This document shows positions 25,115 to 34,635 of a stretch of 41,153 bases of DNA, one piece after another; the first letter of the stretch is position 1, and every line of letters starts with the position of its first letter. The stretch lies in contig CAZZFI010000001.1 in NCBI GenBank assembly GCA_964653475.1, forward strand, positions 1-41,153. The letters are read 5' to 3'. A program made the position numbers and the translations under genes. The notes beneath the pieces were generated by a model. That model was given only the letters and a program-made list of their open reading frames with translations, was not told the DNA's origin and did not search any database. Source of the stretch: an uncultured Candidatus Saccharibacteria bacterium. Its GTDB lineage: Bacteria; Patescibacteriota; Dojkabacteria; B142; OLB20.

Positions 25115-26068
25115 TCATGTCCTTTTTTTGATCAGAATCTTTTTAGTTTCTGCTTCACTCAAATTCTTTTCCAAGGCATCCAAAATTTCTATAAATGTAT
25201 CTGTCGATTTAGGAGCATTTTCATCAAAATGGGATTCCCATTCTATACGAATTTCATCATGTTTTAGGTTGTATTTACTTAATACTGCCAGCCTGTCGGT
25301 TTTTGATCTCAATTCATTTTTTGTGAGATCCATAATCTGAGGGAAATCTACCACCCCATCAACGTCCACACCTGCCAACGGTATAGAAAACCTATCTTGA
25401 ACAAATACACCCGCGAAGTCATTAATCGTCTTTAATCCCAACCTCTTACTGTCAATATCTATTTCAAGTCTATTATCATCAAGCTCATTGTAGGAATAAT
25501 CTGGCATCATCCCTCCTTCTGGACCCACTAAAAAGTATTTAAAGACTTTGATCGATACTTTTTTTTCGAATTCATCTAACTGCAAAAAGAAGTTTTCCCA
25601 TTCGACCACCATCTGTTCGTTTTCAGCGATAAGAACAAATACGTTGTCTTCACCATTTCTACTGTCGACTATAATCCACTTCACAGTAAGACCATTACCT
25701 GTGAATTCATATCTAAGCCTAACCTGTAGAGAGCTTTCGAAGATTTTAACAAGATCTAAATAAGTAATCATACGCGACCAAGTATGATCAAATGTCAAAA
25801 TTGGATCTAGAAGCTTTGCGACTTCATCTATACGGGCAAGAGATTGAGTTGAAGAAGAAATCTCGGTTTTTCTCAGATCATCGGGGATCTCATCTGAGGC
25901 GAAATTAATCAACCAACGTTCTTCTTTACAAGAATTTATTATCAAATCTTTTTTAATGCTCTCTAATCGGCGTGGAAACGCTCCTTGTTGCTCCAGACGA
26001 GTTAGTCTTTTTCCTACATCTTCAAATTCGGATCTCAATTTTAATGTATCTTTCGGAATATTATGCAT
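25115..26068 (-). CDS. Hypothetical cytoplasmic protein
   Basis: 317-aa ORF, acidic, no TM helix, no recognised motif. Same strand as and directly upstream of the two surface-protein genes. Confidence 0.55.
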   Translation of the reverse strand: MHNIPKDTLKLRSEFEDVGKRLTRLEQQGAFPRRLESIKKDLIINSCKEERWLINFASDEIPDDLRKTEISSSTQSLARIDEVAKLLDPILTFDHTWSRMITYLDLVKIFESSLQVRLRYEFTGNGLTVKWIIVDSRNGEDNVFVLIAENEQMVVEWENFFLQLDEFEKKVSIKVFKYFLVGPEGGMMPDYSYNELDDNRLEIDIDSKRLGLKTINDFAGVFVQDRFSIPLAGVDVDGVVDFPQIMDLTKNELRSKTDRLAVLSKYNLKHDEIRIEWESHFDENAPKSTDTFIEILDALEKNLSEAETKKILIKKRT

Positions 26069-26135
26069 TAATCAGATAATCACTAATACATCTTAAACAA
26101 GAATTAGTACTAGCGAAAGCAGTATATCTGGATAC

Positions 26136-26978
26136 CTAAATAACTTCTTTCTTTAAGTACTCCCAAATCAAGCTAATATTAGCTGGAATATTATTTTTGT
26201 TTTTTGCCCCTCTCGGGATTAGAAAAGGTGCATCAGTTTCTAGAAATATGAACTTTTCGTAAATGTTTTGTGGAGCTGGATTGATGTCTGAGATATATTC
26301 CTTCACTGCTTGTCGAATATTCTCGGCAGATTTGTATGTGATAATTCCATTGATTCCAACCGAATATCCGCTCGATAAGACTTGTTCCAAATCTTTAGCT
26401 TCTCCTGTAAATGAGTGGAAGATCGCATTAACATTTTTGCCCTTTAGAAGCGTCAGACAATCATCTAAACTGTCTCGGTGATGGATCGAAAGTGGAAGTT
26501 CATAGTCTTCTGCCATTTGAATTTGCCTCGCGAAAATTATCTTTTGCAAATCCATACTGGTCTGAATCTCTTCATCTGAAAGATTTGATTTATAAATCCA
26601 ATAATAATCAAGTCCACACTCTCCTATCATAATTAGATCTCTGCGATTTTCTTCAACAAAGTTTTGTAGTTCTTCAAGTAATTCCTCTATCTTTTCCAGG
26701 GTCAGATCTTTTTTAAATAGATCAGATCCGGGAATTACAATCTCGGGATCAATCCCTGCGGTCGGGAACACAACTCCTGGAAACCTCTGTGAGTTCTCAA
26801 CAGTTTTTTTTGAAGAACCTAGATCGACTGCGATATCGATAATCTTGTTCACTCCTGCTTTTAAACTGTCGTTAACAATCTCTTGAAGTTGATCATCTGG
26901 GAACCAGGTTAGGTGACAATGGCTGTCGAAGAGGAAGTCCAAAGAACCAAATTTTTCATGGAAATATTTGTGAAGCAT
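26136..26978 (-). CDS. tatD: TatD family metal-dependent hydrolase/DNase
   Basis: FDSHCHL, IGECGLDY, SIHHRD, FHSFTG, ETDAPF. Classical position just downstream of metG. Confidence 0.9.
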   Translation of the reverse strand: MLHKYFHEKFGSLDFLFDSHCHLTWFPDDQLQEIVNDSLKAGVNKIIDIAVDLGSSKKTVENSQRFPGVVFPTAGIDPEIVIPGSDLFKKDLTLEKIEELLEELQNFVEENRRDLIMIGECGLDYYWIYKSNLSDEEIQTSMDLQKIIFARQIQMAEDYELPLSIHHRDSLDDCLTLLKGKNVNAIFHSFTGEAKDLEQVLSSGYSVGINGIITYKSAENIRQAVKEYISDINPAPQNIYEKFIFLETDAPFLIPRGAKNKNNIPANISLIWEYLKKEVI

Positions 26979-26979
26979 T

Positions 26980-28782
26980 TCAGTCCTCCTTCTCCTCCAG
27001 CACTTTTTCTATCTCAAGCTTCTGAAAAAGTAACTCAACTTTTCCTAATTCCACCTTTGTGATTGTTTTCGATTCTCCATCCATGGTTTGATTGGTAATT
27101 GGGAGCCATAAAAACCTACCAACCTGAGGGGTTACTCTTTCTTGTCCAAGCATTGTCATTATTTTATCAGAGGTGTCAGGGAGGAATGGATAAATTAGTA
27201 CACCGAGGTCATAAATCAGATTGATTAAATTCATTAGTATTTGCTTAGCCTTTTCTTTGTCTGTTTTTATTACCTCCCAAACCTTTTGTTCATCGAAATA
27301 AACATTTCCCTTCCTAGCCACATCCATGACTTCATCTAGTGCTTTTACGATCCATGGACCATTCTTTCCTTCTGAATGAATGTCTTCAACTACTTTGTCG
27401 TCATAACTTAAAAACATCTTGACTCGCTCAAAATTTCCATCAGTTGAAATCGCACCTGAGTGCTCTAATGTATCTACCTCAATATTTCCGTCAAATTTGC
27501 TTTGGATAAAAGTCAGCGCCCTGTTCACAAGATTCCCCAAGTTCGCTACCAACTCGTTATTTATCACAAACACAAAGTCCTCCCAAGTGAAGTTTCCTTC
27601 TTTGTTTTCAGGCAAAGTTCGCGCAACGTAATATCTCACCAGGTCTACTCCGTACTTTTCTGCAATTTTTTTCGAGTCGATCGTCCAATTTCTACTCTTG
27701 CTGAATTTCTTCCCTTCGTAATTCAGAAATTTATTCACCACAACATACTTAGGCAAACTATGACCACTTTTCATCCCCATCAACTCTCCAGGCCACATCA
27801 GTGTGTGGAAAACCAGGTTGTCCTGTCCCATGAAGTTGTAGATTACCGAGTCTTCGTTTTTCCACCAGTCTTCCCAGTCGGTAGACTGTCCATCTTGTCG
27901 ATAAAATATGGTGTCTTCGTTACCTTCGGTCATCTTAGACCACTCCACAGCAGCTGAAAGGTAACCGATCACTGCTTCGAACCAAACATAGATCCTCTTT
28001 CCTTCGAAATTTTCGAGTTGTTTATCCTCTGAGAGTTTTTTGATATCCTCAATTGGCAATTCCATACTCCAGTCCATATCTCTCGTGATTGCTCGTTTCT
28101 GTAATCCTTCGCGAAGCCATCCATCAGCTTCTTTCCATACCCACTTTTTCCAGTCATCTTTGTGGCCGTCTAGATATGTTCTCAACTCGTCTTGGAGTTT
28201 TTGGAAATTTAGAAAATAATGCTCGGTATCTTTGAGAGTCACTTTAGAACCGGAAAGCTTACTGACTGGATTCAAGAGCTCTCCGTCTTTAAGCCAGCGA
28301 CCGCAGTTTTCACACTGGTCGCTTCTCTGGTTTTCAGCGTTGCAGTGAGGACAAGTCCCCTCTACATATCGATCAGGCAGAAACTGTTTGTCATCAATTG
28401 CATAATACTGCTGCATAGTTCCCTTCTCGATGTAACCATTTTCCAGAAGCTTTAGAAATACTTGGTGAACTACTTTTTTGTGTTCTTCAGAAGTTGTTTT
28501 CGTATAGAGGTTGTAGCTCAGTTTATACTGCTTGAAGAGCTCCAGGTCTTTTTTGTGATAGATGTCGACCACTTCTTTCGGCGACAAGCCCTTTTTATCA
28601 GCTTCAACGGTGATCGGGGTCCCATAGCAATCTGATCCCGACACCATCAAAACGTCATTGCCTAGCAGTCTGTGACACCTAGCAATAATATCGGCAGGTA
28701 AAAGATATCCGCCCAAATGACCAACGTGAATGTCTCCGTTAACGTAAGGCCACGCTACTCCGATTAGGATTTTTTTTGACAT
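26980..28782 (-). CDS. metG: Methionine--tRNA ligase
   Basis: WPYVNGDIHVGHLGG (HIGH), zinc knuckle CPHCNAENQRSDQCENCG, KFSKSRN (KMSKS). Confidence 0.95.
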   Translation of the reverse strand: MSKKILIGVAWPYVNGDIHVGHLGGYLLPADIIARCHRLLGNDVLMVSGSDCYGTPITVEADKKGLSPKEVVDIYHKKDLELFKQYKLSYNLYTKTTSEEHKKVVHQVFLKLLENGYIEKGTMQQYYAIDDKQFLPDRYVEGTCPHCNAENQRSDQCENCGRWLKDGELLNPVSKLSGSKVTLKDTEHYFLNFQKLQDELRTYLDGHKDDWKKWVWKEADGWLREGLQKRAITRDMDWSMELPIEDIKKLSEDKQLENFEGKRIYVWFEAVIGYLSAAVEWSKMTEGNEDTIFYRQDGQSTDWEDWWKNEDSVIYNFMGQDNLVFHTLMWPGELMGMKSGHSLPKYVVVNKFLNYEGKKFSKSRNWTIDSKKIAEKYGVDLVRYYVARTLPENKEGNFTWEDFVFVINNELVANLGNLVNRALTFIQSKFDGNIEVDTLEHSGAISTDGNFERVKMFLSYDDKVVEDIHSEGKNGPWIVKALDEVMDVARKGNVYFDEQKVWEVIKTDKEKAKQILMNLINLIYDLGVLIYPFLPDTSDKIMTMLGQERVTPQVGRFLWLPITNQTMDGESKTITKVELGKVELLFQKLEIEKVLEEKED

Positions 28783-28875
28783 AATAATTTTACTTTTGTA
28801 GACGATTATAACAGTAAAAGTGTTGGAGGCAACATACCGGCGGATTACAGTGATTAAAAATTAAGGATTATTAAT

Positions 28876-29703
28876 CTAATTACCAACAGTATTTTCATTC
28901 GTGTTATACCATTCTAAAGCGCCTGCTCTAAGCCCTGTTAAATCAAAACCAAGCTCTCTTGTTATATGACTTTCAAACTCTCGGTACTCCTCTTGCCTTC
29001 TCGTCTTACCCTTATTCGGATTTTCTAAAAGCGCAAGTACCATATTTATTAGGACACTATTTGAAGGATTCTCTAAGTAGGAAACCACGTTCCAAAGTTT
29101 GTCCTGTCCATGCATTCTAAAAATATAGTAAAGCATAGCTGCATCACGCATCTCAAACTTGCCAGGATTAGAGATTTCTCCATCTTTGACATGACTATCA
29201 AAGAGTCTTCCCTCATAGTGATTTAATATATTACGGAACTTGTTTTCGGCTCCTTTAACTGCAGTAATACATGTTTCTACCATTGATGCCACTGCTTCTG
29301 CCACGCATGTAGGGGTTCTCGGATAATTATTAGTCTTAGTATCATGCAGTGCATGACCTAGCTCATGTGCGATCGTTCCTTGGTAGTAAGTTGGGTAGAC
29401 GCCTTTTTCACCTCGCAATAGAATGACACGTTTATCCGGCCATCGATATTCGCCTCGCCAAGCCCTTTCTGGACCAAAGAAAATACCCATAGTATCTTTT
29501 AAATCTGCGTCTTTAGGTGAATTCATTAATTCAACAGCTCGCATTACAAAGCCCATCATGCCTGGACTAGAATTTCTGACCTCAACAAGACCTACGACTG
29601 GAGGCTCTTGAAAAATTTCGGCAATCCTCCGTTGAGTTTCTATAACAATTGAACTTACCCTCTCTTGTTCGAGAGGATTTCCTGCTACTACTAAAGTTTC
29701 CAT
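28876..29703 (-). CDS. Hypothetical cytoplasmic HExxH (gluzincin-like) metallopeptidase
   Basis: GTIAHELGHALHD followed about 20 residues later by CVAEAVAS (a possible third-ligand Glu). Family not recognised. Confidence 0.5.
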   Translation of the reverse strand: METLVVAGNPLEQERVSSIVIETQRRIAEIFQEPPVVGLVEVRNSSPGMMGFVMRAVELMNSPKDADLKDTMGIFFGPERAWRGEYRWPDKRVILLRGEKGVYPTYYQGTIAHELGHALHDTKTNNYPRTPTCVAEAVASMVETCITAVKGAENKFRNILNHYEGRLFDSHVKDGEISNPGKFEMRDAAMLYYIFRMHGQDKLWNVVSYLENPSNSVLINMVLALLENPNKGKTRRQEEYREFESHITRELGFDLTGLRAGALEWYNTNENTVGN

Positions 29704-29773
29704 ATTTAGAATTGCTTAATCATTTCAACTAAGAATTTCCCTTGATTCCTGCATTTTTAAATCTCTTAATTTC

Positions 29774-30247
29774 TTAACTTCTCCCCAAATAAACCACCCC
29801 AACCTCAAAAATCGTAAGCAGTAAAATAGTGATTACTGCAGTATACCAAACCAGTGCGCCCATCAGGTGCAGACCTAAAAACATATACACAACAAAAAAT
29901 ATCAGAGCTCCTCTACGAAGTGCTATCAACACATCTGGCTGTTCAAAAAACTGCTTAAAAAAAAGTTTGTCTATAGTCAGGTGCAGAAAAACAATAAACG
30001 AGATCACCAAACCAGCCAGAGCAACCGACCAAGCAGTCAGAACTCGCAAATCCAGGAACTCCCATACCACACCTAAATCTACACTCTTAGCGATAATCTC
30101 TCGGAATTCAGCTTCTTCAGTGATTCCATACCTCTGGACAATATTCTCAAGACCTGTATTGTCAAACGGAGAATAGCTATAACTGATAAAAGTCAGTAAA
30201 ACTGAGAAGAATACGGCAATAAGTAGAGAAATGAGGCTTTTTCTCAT
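29774..30247 (-). CDS. Hypothetical membrane protein (4 TM)
   Basis: 157-aa hydrophobic ORF. Confidence 0.5.
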   Translation of the reverse strand: MRKSLISLLIAVFFSVLLTFISYSYSPFDNTGLENIVQRYGITEEAEFREIIAKSVDLGVVWEFLDLRVLTAWSVALAGLVISFIVFLHLTIDKLFFKQFFEQPDVLIALRRGALIFFVVYMFLGLHLMGALVWYTAVITILLLTIFEVGVVYLGRS

Positions 30248-30259
30248 CTGTCTTTTTTC

Positions 30260-31162
30260 CTAATTTATCTCGAATAGCTGATCGTGGTACTCGAAGTACT
30301 TGCCTTGATCACCAGCACACCGAGCTGCATTTGCAGCGTCTCTTGCTCGAGTATGAATTTGTTCCAGTGGAAAATCTCGGAAAATGAATCTGGCTTTTCC
30401 GCTATCGACAAAATCAGATTTGATAGAGGGGTAAGTAAGACTGGCAAACTCTTGACAGTATGGACATTCATAATCGCTAAAAACCATCAAAACAATTTCA
30501 CCATCTCCCTCGACAACCCCCTCTCCTTCAGAAAGATTTTTCATAACGACGTTTTCTTTGATATACGTTCTTTGTTCATCCATCACTTCTTTTACTGCAT
30601 CCTCTAGATCTTGACCTGTCAACGCTCCTCCATCTTCAGCAGAATAATAATCTCTAACCGTCTTCTCTAGTTCTTTCATTCGTTTCTCTAGGTTGTCTAG
30701 CCAGAATGGAAAAGCTTCTTCAATTGTGGACGTTTCTAATTTATCAATTACAGTTTTTACATCATCATAGTTCAGACTCCCGACAAAAAAGCCTTTGAAG
30801 TTTTCAGTCTTACCTTTCCCAACAAACAAAGAAGGTGTCCCTTGTATTCCTAACTTTTCAGCTACGGTAACTTCTCTGTCGATCAAGTCCTCAAACTTGT
30901 TATCTGTGACACATTCCTCAAATTCACCTTTGTCTAAATCCAGACTTTCTGCGTATCTCACAAAACACTCTCCGTCTAATCTATTTTGTCCAGTACACTG
31001 GGATTCTACTGCTACGTCATCTCCCGCACTTCCTTTATCTAAACCAAGATCAAAATTTCCTTGTGACGCAAAGTAAATCGAAAGCGAAACGATAATACCC
31101 CCGACCAAAATACTGACAACTTTCATATAGATTTTTTTCTTCTCTCTTTTAGTTTTTGCCAT
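30260..31162 (-). CDS. Membrane-anchored DsbA-like thiol:disulfide oxidoreductase with its two halves in permuted order
   Basis: Start taken at ATG 31162 (MAKTKREKKK, then a TM helix). The longer track ORF overlaps the upstream gene. VLMVFSDYECPYCQEF ... FIFRDFPL ... AANAARCAGDQGKYFEYHDQLF lies at the extreme C-terminus, while LGIQGTPSLFVGKG lies in the N-terminal half. Confidence 0.7.
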   Translation of the reverse strand: MAKTKREKKKIYMKVVSILVGGIIVSLSIYFASQGNFDLGLDKGSAGDDVAVESQCTGQNRLDGECFVRYAESLDLDKGEFEECVTDNKFEDLIDREVTVAEKLGIQGTPSLFVGKGKTENFKGFFVGSLNYDDVKTVIDKLETSTIEEAFPFWLDNLEKRMKELEKTVRDYYSAEDGGALTGQDLEDAVKEVMDEQRTYIKENVVMKNLSEGEGVVEGDGEIVLMVFSDYECPYCQEFASLTYPSIKSDFVDSGKARFIFRDFPLEQIHTRARDAANAARCAGDQGKYFEYHDQLFEIN

Positions 31163-31190
31163 TATTTGCTTGATAATTCTAACTAATATA

Positions 31191-32141
31191 TCATAACTGT
31201 TGGTAATATTTCTTGAGCAGTAGTGCGTCCATCTCCAGAATAGGACTCTCACAAACGAGATAGCCACCGACATTTTTGTCTTTTATAGCAGTCAATAACT
31301 CTTGCCATCTAAAATCACCCGAACTAGTTTTCCCTTTTTGTTCAAGGATCTTAAAGTGACTTTTGAGCTCAGGCAAATCTATCCCCTGAGAGAGGTAATC
31401 CTCGAAATCTTGTAGGAAAGTCAGGTGATTTTTTTCACCTTTTTCCCCGTAGTTAATCGCTGATACGTGCATATGCATTTCTTTTAAAAATTCTTTTCCT
31501 AAACTCCTCTCTACAGTTTCGAAAATATTTACAAAATCTTCATAACCATTGAAGTTACCATTCGACCGCGCAAATTTGTGTGCAAAATCTATACAAAATC
31601 TCAGTTCAAAATCTGAGAAGTCTTTTGATAGTTGGATTAGTTCTTCAAGATCCCCAAACTGGCTTGGTTTTCCAGTAAGTTCTGGGGCGAGGAATATCTC
31701 CCTTTTGTTGATCGGATGATCAGAATATTTTTTATCTTGAAAAACATCGTAGATCTTTCCTATGGCTTTCCTAACTTTTTCGTATGTCTCTTTTGCAGAC
31801 ATTCCCTGATAAAAAGCAGGATGGAAAGTCACACTTTTCGCGCCTGCAAGTCCTCCGATGTAGATAGAATCTGTGATGTATTTTATACTCCCATATAATT
31901 TGCGATTATCTAGGGTAGCAAGATTCACATAATATGGACCATGAACAGTAAGAGCGATTTCTTCTTTTTCTCTTACTTTTTTTACTTCCACAGCACTCTC
32001 AGGAGACATGCGAACCCCATGAACAAATTCCATCTCCATCAAATCTAGGCCTAGTTCTTTGACTCTTGAGATACCTTGAACAGTTGAAGGTTTTTTGATG
32101 CTAAGAGGAACTCCGCCTACACCTATGTTTAATTTATTCAT
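31191..32141 (-). CDS. Xylose-isomerase-like TIM barrel protein (endonuclease IV / AP endonuclease 2 family-like)
   Basis: LDLMEMEFVHGV, TVHGPYYVNLA, SVTFHPAFY, LAPELTG, CIDFAHKFA, MHMHVS: a metal-ligand pattern resembling Nfo-like TIM barrels. Confidence 0.55.
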   Translation of the reverse strand: MNKLNIGVGGVPLSIKKPSTVQGISRVKELGLDLMEMEFVHGVRMSPESAVEVKKVREKEEIALTVHGPYYVNLATLDNRKLYGSIKYITDSIYIGGLAGAKSVTFHPAFYQGMSAKETYEKVRKAIGKIYDVFQDKKYSDHPINKREIFLAPELTGKPSQFGDLEELIQLSKDFSDFELRFCIDFAHKFARSNGNFNGYEDFVNIFETVERSLGKEFLKEMHMHVSAINYGEKGEKNHLTFLQDFEDYLSQGIDLPELKSHFKILEQKGKTSSGDFRWQELLTAIKDKNVGGYLVCESPILEMDALLLKKYYQQL

Positions 32142-32158
32142 GGTTAATAATACCAGAC

Positions 32159-32383
32159 TTAGTTCAACTGGTCGTCACGTATCAAAATATTTTGCTGTAG
32201 GGAGTCCATTTTTTGTAACCTCTCAACTCCAAGTTGCGGGGAAATCGGGGTATCATCAACTCTCTTTACAAGATCAACATTTTGTCCTGTGAGAGAAGTG
32301 TAAAATTGATAACCAACAAAGATTAGAACTTCAATAAATCCAATCAGTACCAAGATATACCAAGTTCGTTCACTCTGCAGCAT
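32159..32383 (-). CDS. Small single-TM protein in the pil cluster
   Basis: 74 aa with one TM helix. Overlaps the pilO stop by 14 nt. Confidence 0.4.
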   Translation of the reverse strand: MLQSERTWYILVLIGFIEVLIFVGYQFYTSLTGQNVDLVKRVDDTPISPQLGVERLQKMDSLQQNILIRDDQLN

Positions 32384-32999
32384 TTTGGTAGTAATAATAG
32401 TTAAATTCGACAGAAAGTACAGTGTCTCCCCTATTCGAAGGTAAGTTCATAGAACGAACACTTCTTCCACTTAGAGAAATGCTTTCGACAGCCAAAACAG
32501 TTGGAAAACCTTCTATTCTTCTCAAGAATTCTCCAAGAGTATTCACTGATCCTTGTACGGTCAAAGTAACTGGAACCTGTTTGAGAAGAATTGCGTCTGG
32601 ATTAATATTTCGGAAAATTGCTGGCACTGGTTCTCCAAAATCAGAAGCGATAACTGTATTTCCGGTAGTTTTCGAAAGTTCATTTACATTGGCCAATACA
32701 TATTCGTCATTTCGTCCGCTAGGCAAAGATTGCTCTAGAAGTTGGATTTTATCTTGAGAAACTTCTTCTTCTGTTAGTAATTGTTTTAGAGCTTCTTCTT
32801 TCGTCGTTAATGCTTCAAGATATTCTCGTCTTACTCTGTTCTGTGCGATTTTGTCTGTAATCGACTTTGTTGCGGGAACCACAGCAAAGATCAACATTAC
32901 TGCAACTGTGATCATCGTCAGGATAGCGATGAAGTAAGTCTTCCCTTGTTTAGTTTCTAGATATTCCTTAAGTTGTTGTGTGCTTGTTTTTCCTTGCAT
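32370..32999 (-). CDS. pilO: PilO-like type IV pilus assembly protein
   Basis: N-terminal TM helix, coiled coil, then LP...NDEYVL...VPVTLTVQGSVNTLGEFLRRIEGFPTVLAVESISL (the PilO ferredoxin-like domain pattern). Start overlaps the pilN stop. Confidence 0.6.
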   Translation of the reverse strand: MQGKTSTQQLKEYLETKQGKTYFIAILTMITVAVMLIFAVVPATKSITDKIAQNRVRREYLEALTTKEEALKQLLTEEEVSQDKIQLLEQSLPSGRNDEYVLANVNELSKTTGNTVIASDFGEPVPAIFRNINPDAILLKQVPVTLTVQGSVNTLGEFLRRIEGFPTVLAVESISLSGRSVRSMNLPSNRGDTVLSVEFNYYYYQNAAE

Positions 33000-33559
33000 T
33001 AGAAAAGTACTTCTCCTTTTGTTGGTAAATTACTAATTTGTGTTTTCAATGTAAAACTATCTCCAAGTGGCCCTTGAGTTTCTACATTGAGAAGTTCAGT
33101 TTTTGAGAAAAATTGAGAGGTTTTGAATGAGGCTTCAATCCTAGCAATGCTTTCTGTATCGGCAAAACCTCTTACCACAACTTCGTTACCTGAGATTTGA
33201 GTAGAAAGGTCCTGAACAGTAGATGGTATTATCCTGGAAACTTCGTTATAGACATCGCTGTAGTAATCGGTCTCGAGATAAAGATTTTCATAAATACTCA
33301 CTTTGTTTTGGATTTCTTTTAGTCGTCTTTCGCTGTCTTGGAGAACTAAGAGAACTTCTTCTCTACTTGCGATATCTTTGTTCAAATTTTTGAATTGAAG
33401 GTCGACAACTACCCGAATCCCAAAGCCCACAACGATAACCAACTCTACTAAAACCATGATTGCTCTAGCTGTAGTAGTGGTCCATTGATACACCTTAGTC
33501 CACATTGTCTGTGGCTCTATCTGACTTTTTAACAGGTTAAAACCTTTTTTTTGAACCAT
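32999..33559 (-). CDS. pilN: PilN-like type IV pilus assembly protein
   Basis: GFNLLKSQ N-terminus (the INLLP-type motif that PilM binds), TM helix, coiled coil, then GNEVVVRGFADTESIARIEASFKTSQFF. Confidence 0.65.
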   Translation of the reverse strand: MVQKKGFNLLKSQIEPQTMWTKVYQWTTTTARAIMVLVELVIVVGFGIRVVVDLQFKNLNKDIASREEVLLVLQDSERRLKEIQNKVSIYENLYLETDYYSDVYNEVSRIIPSTVQDLSTQISGNEVVVRGFADTESIARIEASFKTSQFFSKTELLNVETQGPLGDSFTLKTQISNLPTKGEVLF

Positions 33560-33619
33560 ACGGGGCAGTTAATTAGAACAAAAATAGTATAACTAATTTC
33601 TAATCAAAAGTAAGCATTT

Positions 33620-34570
33620 TTAGCGTCTCATTATGTCTTCAACTAGTAGGAAATCTTCGCAATCACAGGAGAATTCCCCACACAGAAGTTTTTCGGTGTC
33701 ATAAATCGCATCTATAGTCACCCGAGATCCTACATATGATGCGTTTGTGAACAAAGGATACGCTTCTCCACGATTTGGAGTAATGTATCTCAAAAGCAGG
33801 AAACTATCCCGAGGATTTATGAAACTTCCCTCAACATCAAGATACAAACCATTCATACAATGAGTTTTGCCTATCTCACTTCCTCTTACGACTTTTCCCC
33901 TTGCTTCAAATCTGTGAAGTTTGTATTGAAAAGTCCCGATCACATTAAAAGTTTCTTTAAACATTACGCTAGTTTCTATACTTTCTTCATCTGGCGGATA
34001 TACTGTAAATACAAAGACATCTTTATCTTGAAGCATGTACGCTTTGATCAAAGTTTCTTCTGTAATGAGATTTCTTTCTCTTCTTCGAACAACTGTTTCT
34101 CCTGCAACATCAAAGTCTACTGCCCATTCAACCATAGTTGAAGGAGATCCGTTATTTTCTGTAGATCTTCTTATATCCAAAGTCCTAAGAAAATCTTCAA
34201 TATAGCGATGATTACTCCGCTGAGTACTTATCCCTAGTTCACTTCCGTCCTCTGCAACAAATGCGACGCGATCTCCTCTAGGAGTATCGTGTTTAACTTC
34301 CCAAGTTGAGAGATGTTCGACTTTGAATATATAAAACCTCTCAATATAAGGGATCCACACCCTTGTCGCTTCCACGGGAGTAGGAGTTAGCCCAACTACT
34401 GGGGTTGCTGTAGGCTGCAAGTCAGGACGACTTGTATCAAAGAGGCTCCCGGAATTTAGTCGAGTTACTGCGATAAAAATTCCAGCACATAATACAACGA
34501 GTAGGACAATAACTACCAAGGCAAGAATTAGAACTGTTCTTCGGGCTTTTTGTATTGAAGGGTCATCCAT
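33620..34570 (-). CDS. Membrane-anchored hypothetical protein
   Basis: 316 aa with an N-terminal TM helix, a PT-rich stretch and a C-terminal CGEFSCDCEDF motif. Family not recognised. Confidence 0.55.
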   Translation of the reverse strand: MDDPSIQKARRTVLILALVVIVLLVVLCAGIFIAVTRLNSGSLFDTSRPDLQPTATPVVGLTPTPVEATRVWIPYIERFYIFKVEHLSTWEVKHDTPRGDRVAFVAEDGSELGISTQRSNHRYIEDFLRTLDIRRSTENNGSPSTMVEWAVDFDVAGETVVRRRERNLITEETLIKAYMLQDKDVFVFTVYPPDEESIETSVMFKETFNVIGTFQYKLHRFEARGKVVRGSEIGKTHCMNGLYLDVEGSFINPRDSFLLLRYITPNRGEAYPLFTNASYVGSRVTIDAIYDTEKLLCGEFSCDCEDFLLVEDIMRR

Positions 34571-34635
34571 TTGTGTATTTCGATCTATGATATTTTCGCA
34601 TAAACAAAGAAAGATATAAATGCTGTTTCCGAGCT

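Noticed and set aside
27502-27957. Antisense or out-of-frame ORFs inside conserved genes, including 27502..27957, 28219..28455, 39519..39911, 40163..40402, 29829..30176, 5924..6277, 6021..6263, 7089..7382, 7995..8192, 20592..20998, 34768..35118
   Set aside because: All lie within, and opposite to or out of frame with, ORFs carrying strong family motifs. Their translations are low-complexity or Ser/Leu/Phe-rich shadow sequence typical of AT-rich genomes.
31163-31273. Longer N-terminus of the DsbA-like ORF (track start 31273)
   Set aside because: The extension overlaps the 3' end of the upstream TIM-barrel gene by more than 80 nt and translates to non-protein-like sequence. ATG 31162 gives a typical basic N-terminus plus a TM anchor.
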